Source of the DNA: Octopus sinensis | Taxonomy: Eukaryota | Length of the DNA stretch: 64,000 nt | Direction of reading: 5' to 3' | NCBI RefSeq assembly: GCF_006345805.1 | Contig: NC_043013.1 | Location: 7,750,001 to 7,814,000 of the forward strand | Shown here: positions 27,000 to 40,319 of the stretch, one piece after another | Numbering within the stretch: position 1 is the stretch's first letter | Layout: every line of letters begins with the position of its first letter | Translations under genes and position numbers: made by a program | The notes under the pieces: model-generated | Told to the model about the DNA's origin: nothing | The model's input: the letters and a program-made list of their open reading frames with translations, nothing else | Databases searched by the model: none

Positions 27000-29259
27000 T
27001 ACAACGGGCGTCTTTCAGTTTCCGTCTACCAAATCCACTCACAAGGCTTTGGTCGGCCCGAGGCTATAGTAGAAAACACTTGCCCAAGGTGTCACGCAGT
27101 GGGACTGAACCCGGAAGAATGTGGTTGGTAAGCAAGCTACTTAGCACACAGCCACTCCTGCTAAATATAAACCTGTTCATTCTCTTTCTCACTGACTCTT
27201 TGAACATCTCTTTCATAATCTTTGGTATGGAATCGTATTATGGACATTGTTTATCCCTTTAGCATTCAGATTACTCTGTTAAATGTAATGCTTATCTAGT
27301 CACATTGCTTTGAATTAATCATGCATTATCTCATGGCTTTGAGATTTCAATAATGTGATTGTTTATTTTTAGAATGACATTGTAGGGTAGGCATGAGAGG
27401 CTGGATCTGGCCAGTTTGAACTTAAAGCCAGAAGAATATTTTGGCCTGAGATGGTCTGTTTAAATGCTAAAGGGTTATATATCCTGATACATGACAGACA
27501 ACAAGACAAAATCTCTCTATGTATTTATTGGTTTCAGAAATCTGACTAATTCCTCTTCTGATTTTAGCAACCTGACAAAATTCTCTTCCAATTTGAGCAA
27601 TCTGACATACTTTTTGGTGAAAAGTATGCCAGATTATTCGGACACAGCTTACTTTGGGTAAAGCTGTGCTGATTCTATGAGATGAAAGAAAATATGTTCA
27701 TGTGATTCTTGATGTTTATATTTTGATCAATTTGATAAATTTAATCAATGTAAGGGAAGCGTGTTTATAGCACCTTCCGAAAATAAGTTTTATGCCATCA
27801 TTCCTCTAATCTTGTTGAATACTTGGCTTTAGTATTAATATAAGGGTTTTCAAAATGTCTAGCTAAGTTATGGGACAGTGTGCAAATGTCCTGATTTGGA
27901 TTTAGATTATTTCGGAGTTAAAACCAAATTTGTGGAATAAAAGTTGCTATCATTCAGAAATGGGAAACTTACTAACAAATGTCAAATAGATATAGATGTA
28001 TGCCCATGCATGGACAGTGTAGAAAATGATAAGATTTAATCATTTTGATAGCAGTGGCATCTAAGACAGCAAGCTGGTAGAATTGTTAGTACACCAGGCA
28101 AAATGCTTAGCGACATTTCATCCAACTTTATGTACTGAGTTCAGATTCCACCAAGGTCGGCTTTGCCCTTCATCCTTTCAGGGTCAATAAAATAAGCACC
28201 GGTTGAGTACTGGGTCAGTGTTATCAACTTACCCGCTTCCATAAAACTTACTGGCCTTGTGCCAAAATTTGAAACTAATATCAATGGCATCTCCTCATTT
28301 TGGGTTTCATGTGCTTTATATATTTACTTAGGCTGCAGGCGTGATTTTTGTGTTTAAATAGTTCATTTCCCAACTACGTGGTTTTAGGTTCAGTCCCACT
28401 GTGTGGTACATTGGGCAAGTGTCTTCTTGAGTTGCAAGCCAACCAAAGCCCTTTATTGGGTTTGGTTACCAGAAACTGAAAAATGCCTATCATGTATGTA
28501 TACGTGTGTGTATATCATCATCATTTACCGTCTGCTTTCCATGATGGCATGGGTTAGACGGTTTGAATGGAACTGGTAAGCCAGAGAGCTGCACCAGGTT
28601 CCAGTCTGATTTGACATGGTTTCTATGGCTGGATGCCCTTCCTAACACCAACCACTCCAAGTGTGTAATGGGTGCTTTTTACATTCCACCAACATACATA
28701 CACACACACACACACATACTAGAACAGAACAATCAGAAGTTGTTTTGGTCAGAGGGGTAGGGTACAGACTGTTCCAACTATCTGAGTGTAGTGGAGCAGA
28801 CCATACTATGCAGCACTGCTTTGTCTGCCCTTTACTAATGCAAGTATTGCAGTTCAAAAGACCCTGCAGAGTTCAGTAGAAATGTTTAAAAAAATTTTTA
28901 AGGGCGGGGGGACCGTGTCAAGAAATGGTAAACTGTCATGTAACTATTATAATTCAAAGAATCAAAAAAACATCGGATAATCTCTTAAGAACAAACAGTT
29001 TGTGGGTTTATTAAATACATTGGGATGAGGACGTATTTGATTGTATTTATGTAGCTTGTATCAATTGTTATTCAGTATGATACAAACAACTTCAATAAAA
29101 AATATCCCTTGGCATTTAATTTTTGCATCAAAATTACTCTATTTTTGAAATTTGTGGTTATGACTGGTGCCATCTGAATACAATTCGATTATAGCTCTCA
29201 CCTTTCAAAATTCTACACTTTTATCTGAATATTTTTATTTTACAAAAATTAGCTTATTA

Positions 29260-29655
29260 GGCGCAGGAGTGGTTGTGTGGTAAGTAGCTTGCTAACCAGC
29301 CACATGGTTCCGGATTCAGTCCCACTGCGTGGCATCTTGGGCAAGTGTCTTCTGCTATAGCCCCAGGCCAACCAATGCCTTGTGAGTGGATTTGGTAGAC
29401 GGAAACTGAAAGAAGCCTGTCGTATATATGCATATATATGCGTGTGTTTGTGTGTCTGTGTTTGTCTCCCGGGCATTGCTTGACAACCAATGCTGGTGTG
29501 TTTACATCCCCGTCACTTAGCGGTTCGGCAAAAGAGACCGATAGAATAAGTACTGGGCTTACAAAGAATAAGTCCCGGGGTCGATTTGCTCGACTAAAGG
29601 CGATGCTGCAGCATGGCTGCAGTCAAAAAACTGAAACAAGTAAAAGAGTAAAGAG
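29260..29655 (+). mobile_element. tRNA/CORE-type SINE (family 'A', my label), well-preserved copy
   Basis: A box tggttgtgtggtaag, B-box-like region, CORE-like cttgggcaagt, internal (TA/TG)n, tail cagtc...ctgaaacaagtaaaagag. More than 25 copies on both strands, e.g. 1950-2545, 11375-11808, 13057-13430, 25475-25899, 26750-27160, 31075-31790, 37850-38235, 48380-48770, 54403-54803. Confidence 0.88.
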
Positions 29656-31483
29656 TTATTATTACTTCTGTTACTTATATTCATGCCTTGAGTAAGAAGT
29701 CCAGCTTTGCTATCTCTATGCACTGCTTTTTTTTTTTTTAGAGCTTGTCATTTGATAAATGCTACACCTACCGTCTTTTATATCAGAAAACTTCTTAACA
29801 TCTTTTCATATTCAACCCTAACATATTTACAAAGCTCTTTTCCTGCTTTTTTGTCCTTGTCCACTCTTTTCCTTTTCCTGTTATAATCTGTCAGTGTATC
29901 AAATGCTCACTCTGCCACTGACTTAGCTGCAACCAGGATGTCTGCTCTATTCACAGAACTGATGTCTGAGACTTGCAGTAATGTTAAATTCTTACAGATG
30001 CATCCTCTTGCTGCTAGTTCCCTGTTTGTGCACATATCTGCCTCTCTACATCTGCACTGCGAAATTTGACCTTTTACATGAATGTTGTCAGTATTCATAC
30101 TCTCTCACTTTTCGCTTACTGCATTCTTCAAATGTGTTGCTGTTAGAGGCATGTCTTCTACTACCATTAATATTATTGTTGTCGTCGTTGTTGTTGTTGT
30201 TATTTATATATTAGAAAGGTGGCAAGCTGGCAGAATCGTCAGCACGCCGGGCGAAATGCTTAGCGGTATTTCATTTGCCGTTACATTCTGAGTTCAAATT
30301 CCGCTTAGGTCGACTTTGCCTTTCATCCTTTCGGGGGGTCGATAAATTAAGTACCAGTTATGCACTGGGGTCGATGTAATCGACTTAATCCATTTGTCTG
30401 TCCTTGTTTGTCCCCTCTGTGTTTAGCCCCTTGTGGGTAGTACAGAAATAGGTATTTCGTCTGCCACTACATTGGATTCAAATTCCACCAAGCTCAACTT
30501 TGTCTTTCATTCTTTCAGGGTCAATGAAATAAGTACCAGTTATGTACTAGGGTTGATGTAATCGACTAGCCCCCTTCCCCACAAAATTTTCAAGGCCTTG
30601 TGCCTAGAGTAGAAATAATTATTTATATAAGAGTGTGATGGAAAACACACTCCTTACCTGAAATTGTCGACAGGTGTACACATGCTTGTGCACACCCACA
30701 CACACACACACACATATATTCTTGGCATCATAAGAATTCGATTTTTGCTCTCCAAAATGGTTTTTCAGCCTAATAATTTACAAGCTATTATGTATAGATT
30801 TATGTACGTGTTTCAAGATGTATTGTTTTTACCAAAAAAGAATTTCTATGTGTGTGTGACTTTGTCTGTGTTTGTCTCCATAGCACTGCTTGACAACTGG
30901 TGTTGGTATGCTTATGTCCCCATAAATTAGCAGTTCAGCAAAAAAAAAAGTCCAATAGAATGAATTACAGGCTTTAAAAAAAACAGTCCTGGGGTTGGTC
31001 CAGTCGACTAAAGACAGTGCCCCAGCATGGCCACAGTCTAATGACTGAAACAAATAAAAGATATATATATAATATAGGTGTAGGAGTGGCTGTATGGTAA
31101 GTAGCTTGCTTACCAACCACATGGTTCCAAGTTCAGTCCCACTGCGTGGCACCTTGGGCAAGTGTCTTCTACTATAGCCTCGGGCCAACGAAAGCCTTGT
31201 GAGTGGATTTGGTAGATGGAAACTGAAAGAAGCCCATCGTATATATGTGTATATATATGTGTGTGTATATGTTTGTGTGTGTTTGTCCCCCCAACATCAC
31301 TTGACAACCAATGCTGGTGTGTTTATGTCCCCGTAACTTAGCAGTTCAGCAAAAGAGAATGATAGAATAAGTACTAGGCTTACAAAGAATAAGTCCTGGG
31401 GTCGATTTGCTCAACTAAAGGCAGTGCTCCAGCATGGCCACAGTCAAATGACTGAAACAAGTAAAAGACATTATATATATATA

Positions 31484-33530
31484 GGCACAGGAGTGGCTGT
31501 GTGGTGAGTAGCTTGCTTACCAACAATATGGTTCCATGTTCAGTCCCACTGCGTGGCACCTTGGGCAAGTGTCTTCTACTCTCGCCTCGGGCCAACGAAA
31601 GCCTTGTGAGTGGATTTGGTAGATGGAAACTGAAAGAAGCCCATCGTATATATGTGTATATATATGTGTGTGTATATGTTTGTGTGTGTTTGTCCCCCCA
31701 ACATCACTTGACAACCAATGCTGGTGTGTTTATGTCCCCGTAACTTAGCAGTTCAGCAAAAGAGACCGATAGAATAAGTACTAGACTTATAAACAACTAA
31801 AAGAATATTTGTGTGTGTTTATGTGCTTTATCCTGTTTGTATATGAATCATTACTGTGGTAGTGGTTGTTTTCCTTGTGTATTTTTGCTTTTTTTTGTTT
31901 ATTCTTCAGTTACATAACATCCTATTTCAACATTTCAACAAATGGCTCTTATTAATAACATTAGATGTTACTAACTGCAGGAGAAGGCATATCGCTGGTA
32001 AAAACTCTGTGAACAAAATTTTTGTCTAAGACGCAGCGAGGATGGCCATCTGTATAAACAGTATGGTGGTGGTGCTGGTGGTTGTGGTGGCGGTGGGGAA
32101 ATGGTTTTGCAGCTGCCTTGTGCATGCTGCTGTTGATTGTGGTTCTAATGCTCTTGTATCAATCTATTTTGGTGCTAACATTGGTTACAGTTAGCTCTGG
32201 ATTATAGGAATCGTTTCATATACCTGTATATGCATGCATGCATCTGTATGTGTGTGTGTGTGCGTTGACAAATCCTGGGATTCTGACACATGGTAAAACC
32301 GCTGTGAATAAGGTATTAATACCAATTGTGGATGTGTTTTGCTTAATGAATCATGTTATACGCACTTGCACTAAAATATCTGTCACAATGTATATAAATA
32401 AAACGTGTGTGTGCATGTATATATAGGCACAGGAGTGGCTGTGTGGTAAGTAGCTTGCTTACCAACCACATGGTCATGGGTTCTGTCCCACTGTGTGGCA
32501 CCTTGGGCAAGTGTCTTCTACTATAGCCTTGGGCCAACCAAAGCCTTGTGAGTGGATTTGGTAGATGGAAACTGAAAAGAAGACCATCATATATATGTAT
32601 ATTTAAGGCGGCGATATGGCAAAAACGTTAGCGTGCCGGGCGAAATGCTTAGCCGTATTTCGTCTGTCGTTACGTTCTGAGTTCAAATTTCGCTGAGGTC
32701 GACTTTGCCTTTCATCCTCTCAGGGTCGATAAATAAAGTACCAGTTTCGCACTGGGGTCGATGTAATCGACTTAATCCGTTTGTCCGTCCTTGTTTGTCC
32801 CCTCTATGTTTAGCCCCTTGTGGGTAGTAAAGAAATGTATATGTGTGTTTGTGTGTCTGTGTTTGTCCCCCCAACATCGCTTGACAACTGATGCTGGTGT
32901 GTTTACGTACCCGTAACTTAGCGGTTCTGCAAAAGAGACCGATAGGATAAGTACTAGACTTACAAAGAATAAGTCCTTTGATTGCTGCAGTCAGATGACT
33001 GAAACAAATAAAAGGATGTTTGTGTGTGTGTGTGTGTGTGTGTGTGCTTTAACCTGTTTGTATCTGCATCATTACTGTGGTAGTGGTTGTTTTCCTTGTG
33101 TATTTTTCTAGGGTTTTTTTTTTGTTTCTTGTGTATTTTTGCTTTTTTTTGTTTATTCTTCAGTTACATAACATCCTATTTCAACATTTCAACAAATGGC
33201 TCTTATTAATAACATTAGATGTTACTAACTGCAGGAGAAGGCATATCACTGGTAAAAACTCTGTGAACAAAATTTTTGTCTAAGACGCAGCGAGGATGGC
33301 CATCTGTATAAACAGTATGGTGGTGGTACTGGTGATGGTGGGGAAATGGTTTTGCAGCTGCCTTGTGAATGCTGTTGTTGATTGTGGTTCTAATGCTCTT
33401 GTATCAATCTATTTTGGTGCTAACATTGGTTACAGTTAGTTCTGGATTATAGGAATCGTTTCATATACCTGTATGTGCATGCATGCATGTGTGTGTGTGT
33501 GTCTGCGCGTGTTGACAAATCCCAGGATTT
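31484..33530 (+). repeat. Local tandem duplication (SINE + ~500 bp non-SINE sequence)
   Basis: 31800-32285 and 33010-33530 are near-identical, each preceded by a family A SINE. Confidence 0.9.
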
Positions 33531-34589
33531 GTCAACACACACACACACACACATGCACGTGGCGAGAAACAGAAGAAAATTTGAAGAAAGAAGGAAAATA
33601 ATAATAATATCATCATCATCAAATTGGCACTGATTGAACAAATCCATGATCCACAGTATTTCAGATGTAACCTTCCCATCTTTTTAGGGGTATGTCGTAG
33701 TTTGGGATTTGGCTGCTACTTCTTGCAGCTTGAGTGACCACATAGACTGACTCCCTTGTTGGCTTGAATTATCAATCATTGTTCTGTGGGGTACATTAAG
33801 TTGCATATATTTAATTATCTCCAACCACTGCCAGGTATCAGACAGGAAGTTCCAATTTCATATCTGATAATAGACACAATTATATACAACAGATTCACTT
33901 GCTGTAACTGGCTCCTCAAGATCCTTCCTCTTTCTCTTCTACTCTCACTGCTACTTTTCATCTTCATTTATTCCTCATGACATAAGCAAATCTATAAATC
34001 TTAGCATAGGTTTTTATGGTTCAATAGCTGACTGACTGTCTTTGGCAAGGAACCTATTTAATTGTTGTGTCCAGAAATGTTTATTGGGCCACAAGTGTAC
34101 TGTGTTGGCAGGTGAGAGAATGAGATCTATTTCAAACTATGTTTAAATATCACCAATTTTGACACTAACAGCAAAAAGGGAGATGTTTTTATTATAAAAT
34201 TATGTGACCATAGCAATTTTGTTTTATAGGTACAGAGAGAGCTTTTCTCTCGCTGTACACACATGCAGTTGATCTGTTGTAACACTCTTGATAGCAAGTT
34301 AACAATCTATATTTCATAATAAACCCCAACAAGGTCCAGTCCTTGTTGTGTTGTATTGATTTGTGTACCTCAATGACCCTGAAAAATATGCTATGAACAA
34401 ATAAGAAACTAAAAGATGGATAAGCATCACTTCGTTACAGTTATGATGTAATGTTCTCATTAGTCTATTAAAGAAATCTGCTGGAAACAGCTTTAATGAA
34501 GTGGTATTTATCCGTCTTTTTATTATTTATTTATTTGGGTTTTTTGTGTGTGTGTATAATTGTCAGGCAATGCTTCATGCAAACTATTA

Positions 34590-34995
34590 TCTCTCTATAT
34601 ATAAATGGCAAAATGTCTGTCTGTCTGTGTGTGTGTGTGTGTATGTCCTTTATACAAATCCACAATTTTTCAGTTAGAGAGCTCGCACTTTCTATGGTCA
34701 TTCAAAATCATCCAAGGGTGGTCGGGCACATCTTTACATTTCCCCAGTCACCCCCGCAAAGCCATTAAAAAATCAATAGAAGTGACTTTTTTGTGAATTT
34801 TCTATCCAAAACCCAATCAAAATGCCCGAAGCTTGATACACCAATTGAATGCCAGCCATCTGTATGTGATTGATCGGAGATTTGGACAGTACTCGCGTGT
34901 ATGTGTGCACACATGCAGCTGTATATGCATGCATTAGCACTATTTTTGTAAAATCTCAGAAAAATATGACCCGGTGTTGCCGGGTCATAGTGCTA

Positions 34996-34996
<1 letters not shown>
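34590..34996 (+). mobile_element. Non-autonomous Helitron
   Basis: A|TC 5' end, subterminal hairpin atgacccgg..ccgggtcat, CTAG|T 3' end, no TSD. Confidence 0.82.
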
Positions 34997-35035
<39 letters not shown>

Positions 35036-35081
35036 TAATTGTCATTTGTAATGAATAGCCTCTTTATTGTTTATTTTTCAG

Positions 35082-35153
35082 TTCTTGGGTGAGAGCGAAG
35101 TCGATCAACCAAAGGGCATTGAAATCGTGAAGGATGTCATCAGAAAGATGAAG
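35082..35153 (+). CDS. GULP1: CED-6/GULP1 exon (FLGESEVDQPKGIEIVKDVIRKMK), PTB domain
   Basis: tttttcag acceptor, aag|gtaatt donor, 72 nt, phase 0-0; resembles GULP1 [24 protein letters not shown]. Confidence 0.95.
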
Positions 35154-35664
35154 GTAATTCTACTTCACCAGTTTCTCGTCACTGTTGTCAAATCTTGTCC
35201 ATGAAAGAAATTTATGAAGGAATTTAAATGAAGAAAATCCAAATGAACAAAAGATGGGTGGAAACTTACCAAAATATATTGTGCTTTGACATATTACATA
35301 TTTATAGGTGGCAAATTAGCAGGGTCGTTAATGTGTCAGATGATGTGCCTTCCAGTATTTTTTATTCTGGTGTCTGAGGTCAATTGTGCCCATCTTTGTT
35401 TCAAAATCAATCTAGTACCCATCTTGAGTGGTGCACTGATAAAAATCAATAGTATCAAATGGAATGCTATGTGTAACTTGTTCTTATTCACTGCATTCTG
35501 AGTTCAGGTCCCTCTATAGGCTACTGAAAATGTGTGACCTAGTCATAAGGGTTTTTGAACTCATGATTTGCAAGATTGTGGTTTCAATTCCAGGACCGAG
35601 TAGTATGTTGTATTCTTGAACAAGGCACTTCATTTCATATTGCTCCAGTCCATTCAGCTGTAAG

Positions 35665-36345
35665 CAGGGACGTGCCGCCTGGGTAGGCAAGGTAGGCAGT
35701 GCCTCCTCTGAATAAAATAGATCGACAGTAACATTTTCCTTTTATGGCAAAATATGCATCGAATTCAATAAAATTATGAAGGTTACTGTTACTCTGATTA
35801 CTATGCATAAAATGCAAAATATTTTACTTTTTTTATTGTTTGTTCCTTCTCAAGCCATGCCTGGCTCATAGGGCCAGTTTCCCGGTTTCCTTGGTGTATA
35901 GGTTCCCCACCTGAACAGGACGCCGGTCCTTCGCAGGTGAGCTGCAAGATGCAGGAGGAAAGAGTGAGAGATGGTTGTGGCGAAAGAGTCAGTAGAAGTT
36001 TGCCAATGCCTTCTGCCGGAGCCGCGTGGAGCTTAGGTGTTTCGCTCATAAACACACATCACCCGGTCTGAGATTCAAATCCTCGACCTTGAGTCCGCTG
36101 CTCTAACCACTAGACCATGTGCCTCTACTTTTTGTTGGTTAGGTAGGCATAATTCACCTCTGCCTTTCAATCTCAGTATTAAAACTACACATAGGACTGC
36201 TGTAGTACACATGCCGCATACATTCCTACAACAACATTTTCTTTACGTGCTATAAAGGCAGAAGTAAATCTGTCACACGCCTGTGTTTTGCTACATAAAC
36301 ATCACCAACTGCCTAACCTGAGTAATTACTGACAGCACATGCCTG
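35665..36345. mobile_element. hAT-type MITE containing a SINE, itself inserted in an older SINE
   Basis: CAGG...CCTG termini; 8-bp TSD GCTGTAAG (35657-64, 36346-53). Confidence 0.8.
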
Positions 36346-39300
36346 GCTGTAAGTAAACCTGCAATGGACTGGCATCCCATTCAAAGGGTGTGTTGTGATC
36401 TCAGTTACTTATACACCATGGAAGCCAGGTAACCTGCCCTATGAGTCATAAGACTCGAGACAATAATGCCCATAGGTTGATGATGATAAGACCTAATTGA
36501 TGTTTTGAAAATTTCTAGTTTTGTAACAATTCCAACAAAGCACTTTTCTCGTGACATTATCTCGGTAATTTCTAAACATCATTCTACTTTTGTATCTTTG
36601 ATTTCCTGTTTACATTTCAAACAGAAAATTACAACTGGATTCACCGTTTACCGTCCAAGAGACCGCATATTGTTGTTCCTCATTGAAAATCACTATGCTA
36701 CAATTCGGTTCCCCTTCAGCAATTCTAACAGACACACAATAGCATTCTGATTTTCTGTCTACCGTTCAATAAACTCTATTATTGTTTGGTTATCTAATCT
36801 ACAATTCAATGGATACGTTGATACTTTGATCTCATTCCACAGTTCAAACAACAACAATAAATTTCTCTTTGATTCCACACCTACAGTTTGCCAAACCTCA
36901 TGTCACTATTGATTCTTCATATTCAGCTCAACACGCACTTCGTGATTCTTTGATTCTGCTCCTGCAGTTTCTTAACCCCCAACCTCATTTTATTACTAAA
37001 CTATTTTATATAAAGTTCAAAGGTGACCAAAACCCTGTGAGTGAATTTGGGAAACAAAAGCTGAAAGAAGCCCATCAGTTTGCATGCACGCATATATATA
37101 TATATGAATTTTATCTCTAATTCATATTTTATATATTTATACTGTGAAATTTGATTTAATCCTAAATCTAATTTTTCCCTGGTGCCAGTAAGGTGACGTT
37201 GGTAATGATAACGCTCGAATGGTGCACTTTTACGTGCCACTGGCACGGAAGCCAGTTGGCTGCTCTGGCAATGATCACACTCAGATGGTGCTCTTGGCAC
37301 CCAACTAGCACGGGCACAAGTGCCAGTAAGGCAACGCTGGTAACGATCATGCTCGAATGGTGGCCTCTAAGTGCCACTGGCACGGAAGCCGGTTAGCCGC
37401 TCTGTCAATGATCACACTCGTATGGTGCTCTTTGCACCCTGCTAGCACGGATGCCAGTCATCGAATTTGATTTCTTAACATACTTTATATTAGTCTCCAA
37501 TTGTACTTGGACATATTTTAGATTGAATGTTAAAAAAAAAAAAAGAAAAAATTGCATGGCCAAACCACCAGGTCAGGTATTCTTTCAAATTTTCCTTCTC
37601 GCAAGACAAATACTTTATGCAATGTATGACCATGAGCTCTGAATATACCATTATCATCATTTAATGTCCTTGTTCTATGCTGGCAGAGACCGGACTGTTT
37701 GAAAGGATCTAATTGGTCCAAGGACTGCATCATGCTCTTTGTATCTGCTTTGGCATGTTTACTATGGCTGTAAGCCCTTCCTAATGCCAAATATGTGTGT
37801 GTGTGTGTTGATATCAAATGATACAGGTTGGCTCGAAATTCAAACTACTCCTTTTACTCTTTTACTTGTTTCAATCATTTGACTGTGGCCATGCTGGAGC
37901 ACCACCTTTAGTCGAGCGAATCAACCCCAGGACTTATTCTTTGTAAGCCTTCTACTTATTCTATCGCTCTCTTTTGCCGAACCGCTAAGTTACGGGGACG
38001 TAAACACATCACCATTGGTTGTCAAGCGATGTTGGGAGGACAAACATATACACACACACACATACATATATATGACTGGCTTCCTTCAGTTTCTGTCTAC
38101 CAAATCCACTCACAAGGCTTTGGTCGGCCTGAGGCTATAGTAGAAGACACTTGCCCAAGATGCCTCGCAGTGGGAATGAACCCGGAACCATGTGGTTGGT
38201 AAGCAAGCTACTTCCCACACAGCCACTCCTGCACCTATATTTAATTTATTTTGATGTATTAAGTGTAAGTGTAGAATCAAAGAATATTATGATGTATGTT
38301 GAACTATATAATATATCGTTTATTTGTAGGTGCACTCCTGCACCTACTATTTAATTTATTTTGATGTATTAAATGGGAGAGCTGATTCTGGGCCACCCTG
38401 TAGTTGTAAATGAGTGTCACTGTCATACAAGTTGTGTCATTCATTTCCAATATTCTGTGAAGGCGGCGAGCTGGCAGAATCGTTAGCACGCCGGGCGAAA
38501 TGCTTTGTGGTATTTCATCCGCCGCTGCATTCTGAGTTCAAATTCCGCCGAGGTCAACTTTGCCTTTCATGCTTTCGGAGTCGATAAATTAAGTACCAGT
38601 TATGCACTGGGGTCGATGTAATTGACTTAATCCGTTTGTCTGTCCTTGTTTGTGCCCTCTGTGTTTAGCCCCTTGTGGGTAGTAAAGAGATATATGATAT
38701 CCTGTGAAAACATGATCTGGCCACAGGGCAATATTACCTTGCTCAGCAACTGGTAAGTGTTGTTGATAGGAAGGACATCTGGCCATAGAAAATCTCCCTC
38801 AACAAACACCATCCAACCCATGCAAACATGTAAAACGGTCGTTTCCCATTGCTCTAGTCTGTTCCTCTGTAACTGAGTTTCCCCCCATGATCGAATGGCA
38901 TCCCATTCAGGGGTCAAGTTCTCAATCACTAATATGCCATAGAAACCATGTAGCTGTTGAGTCCCAGGACTCAAGATAATGCTCAGTTCACTTGCCAAAA
39001 CTTGTGGCTGTGTAGTAAGAAGCTTGCTTCCCAATCACATGGTTCCAGGTTCAGTTCCACTGTGTGGCACCTTGAGCAAGTGTCTTCTACCACAGCCTCA
39101 AACCAACCAAAATCTTGTGTGTAGATTTGGTAGACGGAAACTGAAAGAAGGCCATCATATGTGTGTATTTGTGTGTGTCTTTGTGTCTGTTTCCCCACCA
39201 CCACACTGCTTCACAACCAGTGTTGGTATGTTTACATCCCTATAACTTAGTGGTTCAGCAAAAGAGACCAATGTAAGTACCGGGCTTCAAAAAATAAGTA

Positions 39301-39562
39301 GTGGGGGTCGATTTTGTTCAACTAAAATTCTTCAAGACAGTGCCTCATCATGGTCACAGTCTAATGACTTAAACAAATAAACGATATATTATACAGTTCA
39401 ATATGCATCATATTGTTCTTTGATTCTACACCTAGTTTACCAAACCTCACATTACTATTAATTCTTCATTTGCAGTTCAATACATTACCGTTATTTGTTT
39501 TTTGATTCCTCGTCTACAGTTAGACACTGTGTTGTTTTATTGTTTTGTTTTCTCATCTTCAG

Positions 39563-39661
39563 TTCAACAAACACATTAAGAAGGCAGAAGGTCAGAAACC
39601 CCCCAAAGTAGAACTTACAATATCAGTCGATGGAGTTACTATACTGGACCCCAAAACAAAG
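39563..39661 (+). CDS. GULP1: CED-6/GULP1 exon ([33 protein letters not shown]), PTB domain
   Basis: cttcag acceptor, aag|gtattt donor, 99 nt; lies within ORF 39545-39736. Confidence 0.95.
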
Positions 39662-39752
39662 GTATTTTTCTTATATTGCTCACTAGAACTTTCTAACAAT
39701 AGAAGCTATTTTGCAATCTACCTTTTAAAAACATAGACACATGGTTGACATA

Positions 39753-40319
39753 TTGGGTTGTCTGGAAAGTTTGTGCCGATTTATTGTAGCTTCCCTTTCG
39801 GCTTATTTTAGAACATGGTTGAGTCCATAAAATAGGATTTGACTACACCTTCATTTAGAGCACAGTTTAGAGCTATCTTTTCGTGGAAGAAGGTTTATGT
39901 TCCTATAACCTGTGTTAATTCTGTAACCCTTTAAAATGGAAGATAAGAAAGTTCATTTTCGGCACTTGATGCTTTGGGAACCAGACAAAAATTGCTGCAG
40001 CTTGGCTAGGATGTGTTACCCCACCATCCATATTCACCAGATATTGCTCCTTCGGATTTCCACTTATTCAGGTCTCTGCAGAATAGTCTTAATGGTAAAA
40101 ATTTCAATTCCTTGGATGACATAAAAAGATACCTTGATGAATTATTTGCCATGAAACCACCTCAGTTCTGGGAAGAGGGTATTTTCAAGTTAAAGGCAAG
40201 ATGGAGACTCATTGTGCAACAAAATGGTTCATATTTGGTTGATTAAAAATGTAATGGCAAGTATTTATTGATCTTTTTCTTTCCTTTAAAAATCGGCAGA
40301 AACTTTCCAGACAACCCAA
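39753..40319 (+). mobile_element. Internally deleted mariner transposon
   Basis: TA target duplications (39751-52, 40320-21); ~30-bp TIRs ttgggttgtctggaaagttt; N-terminal MEDKKVHFRHLMLWE fused to C-terminal PYSPDIAPSDFHLFRSLQN (mariner YSPDLAPxD motif). Confidence 0.92.

Noticed and set aside
31900-32220. Duplicated alternative exon of the gene
   Set aside because: Stops in tested frames, no convincing donor, no similarity to CED-6
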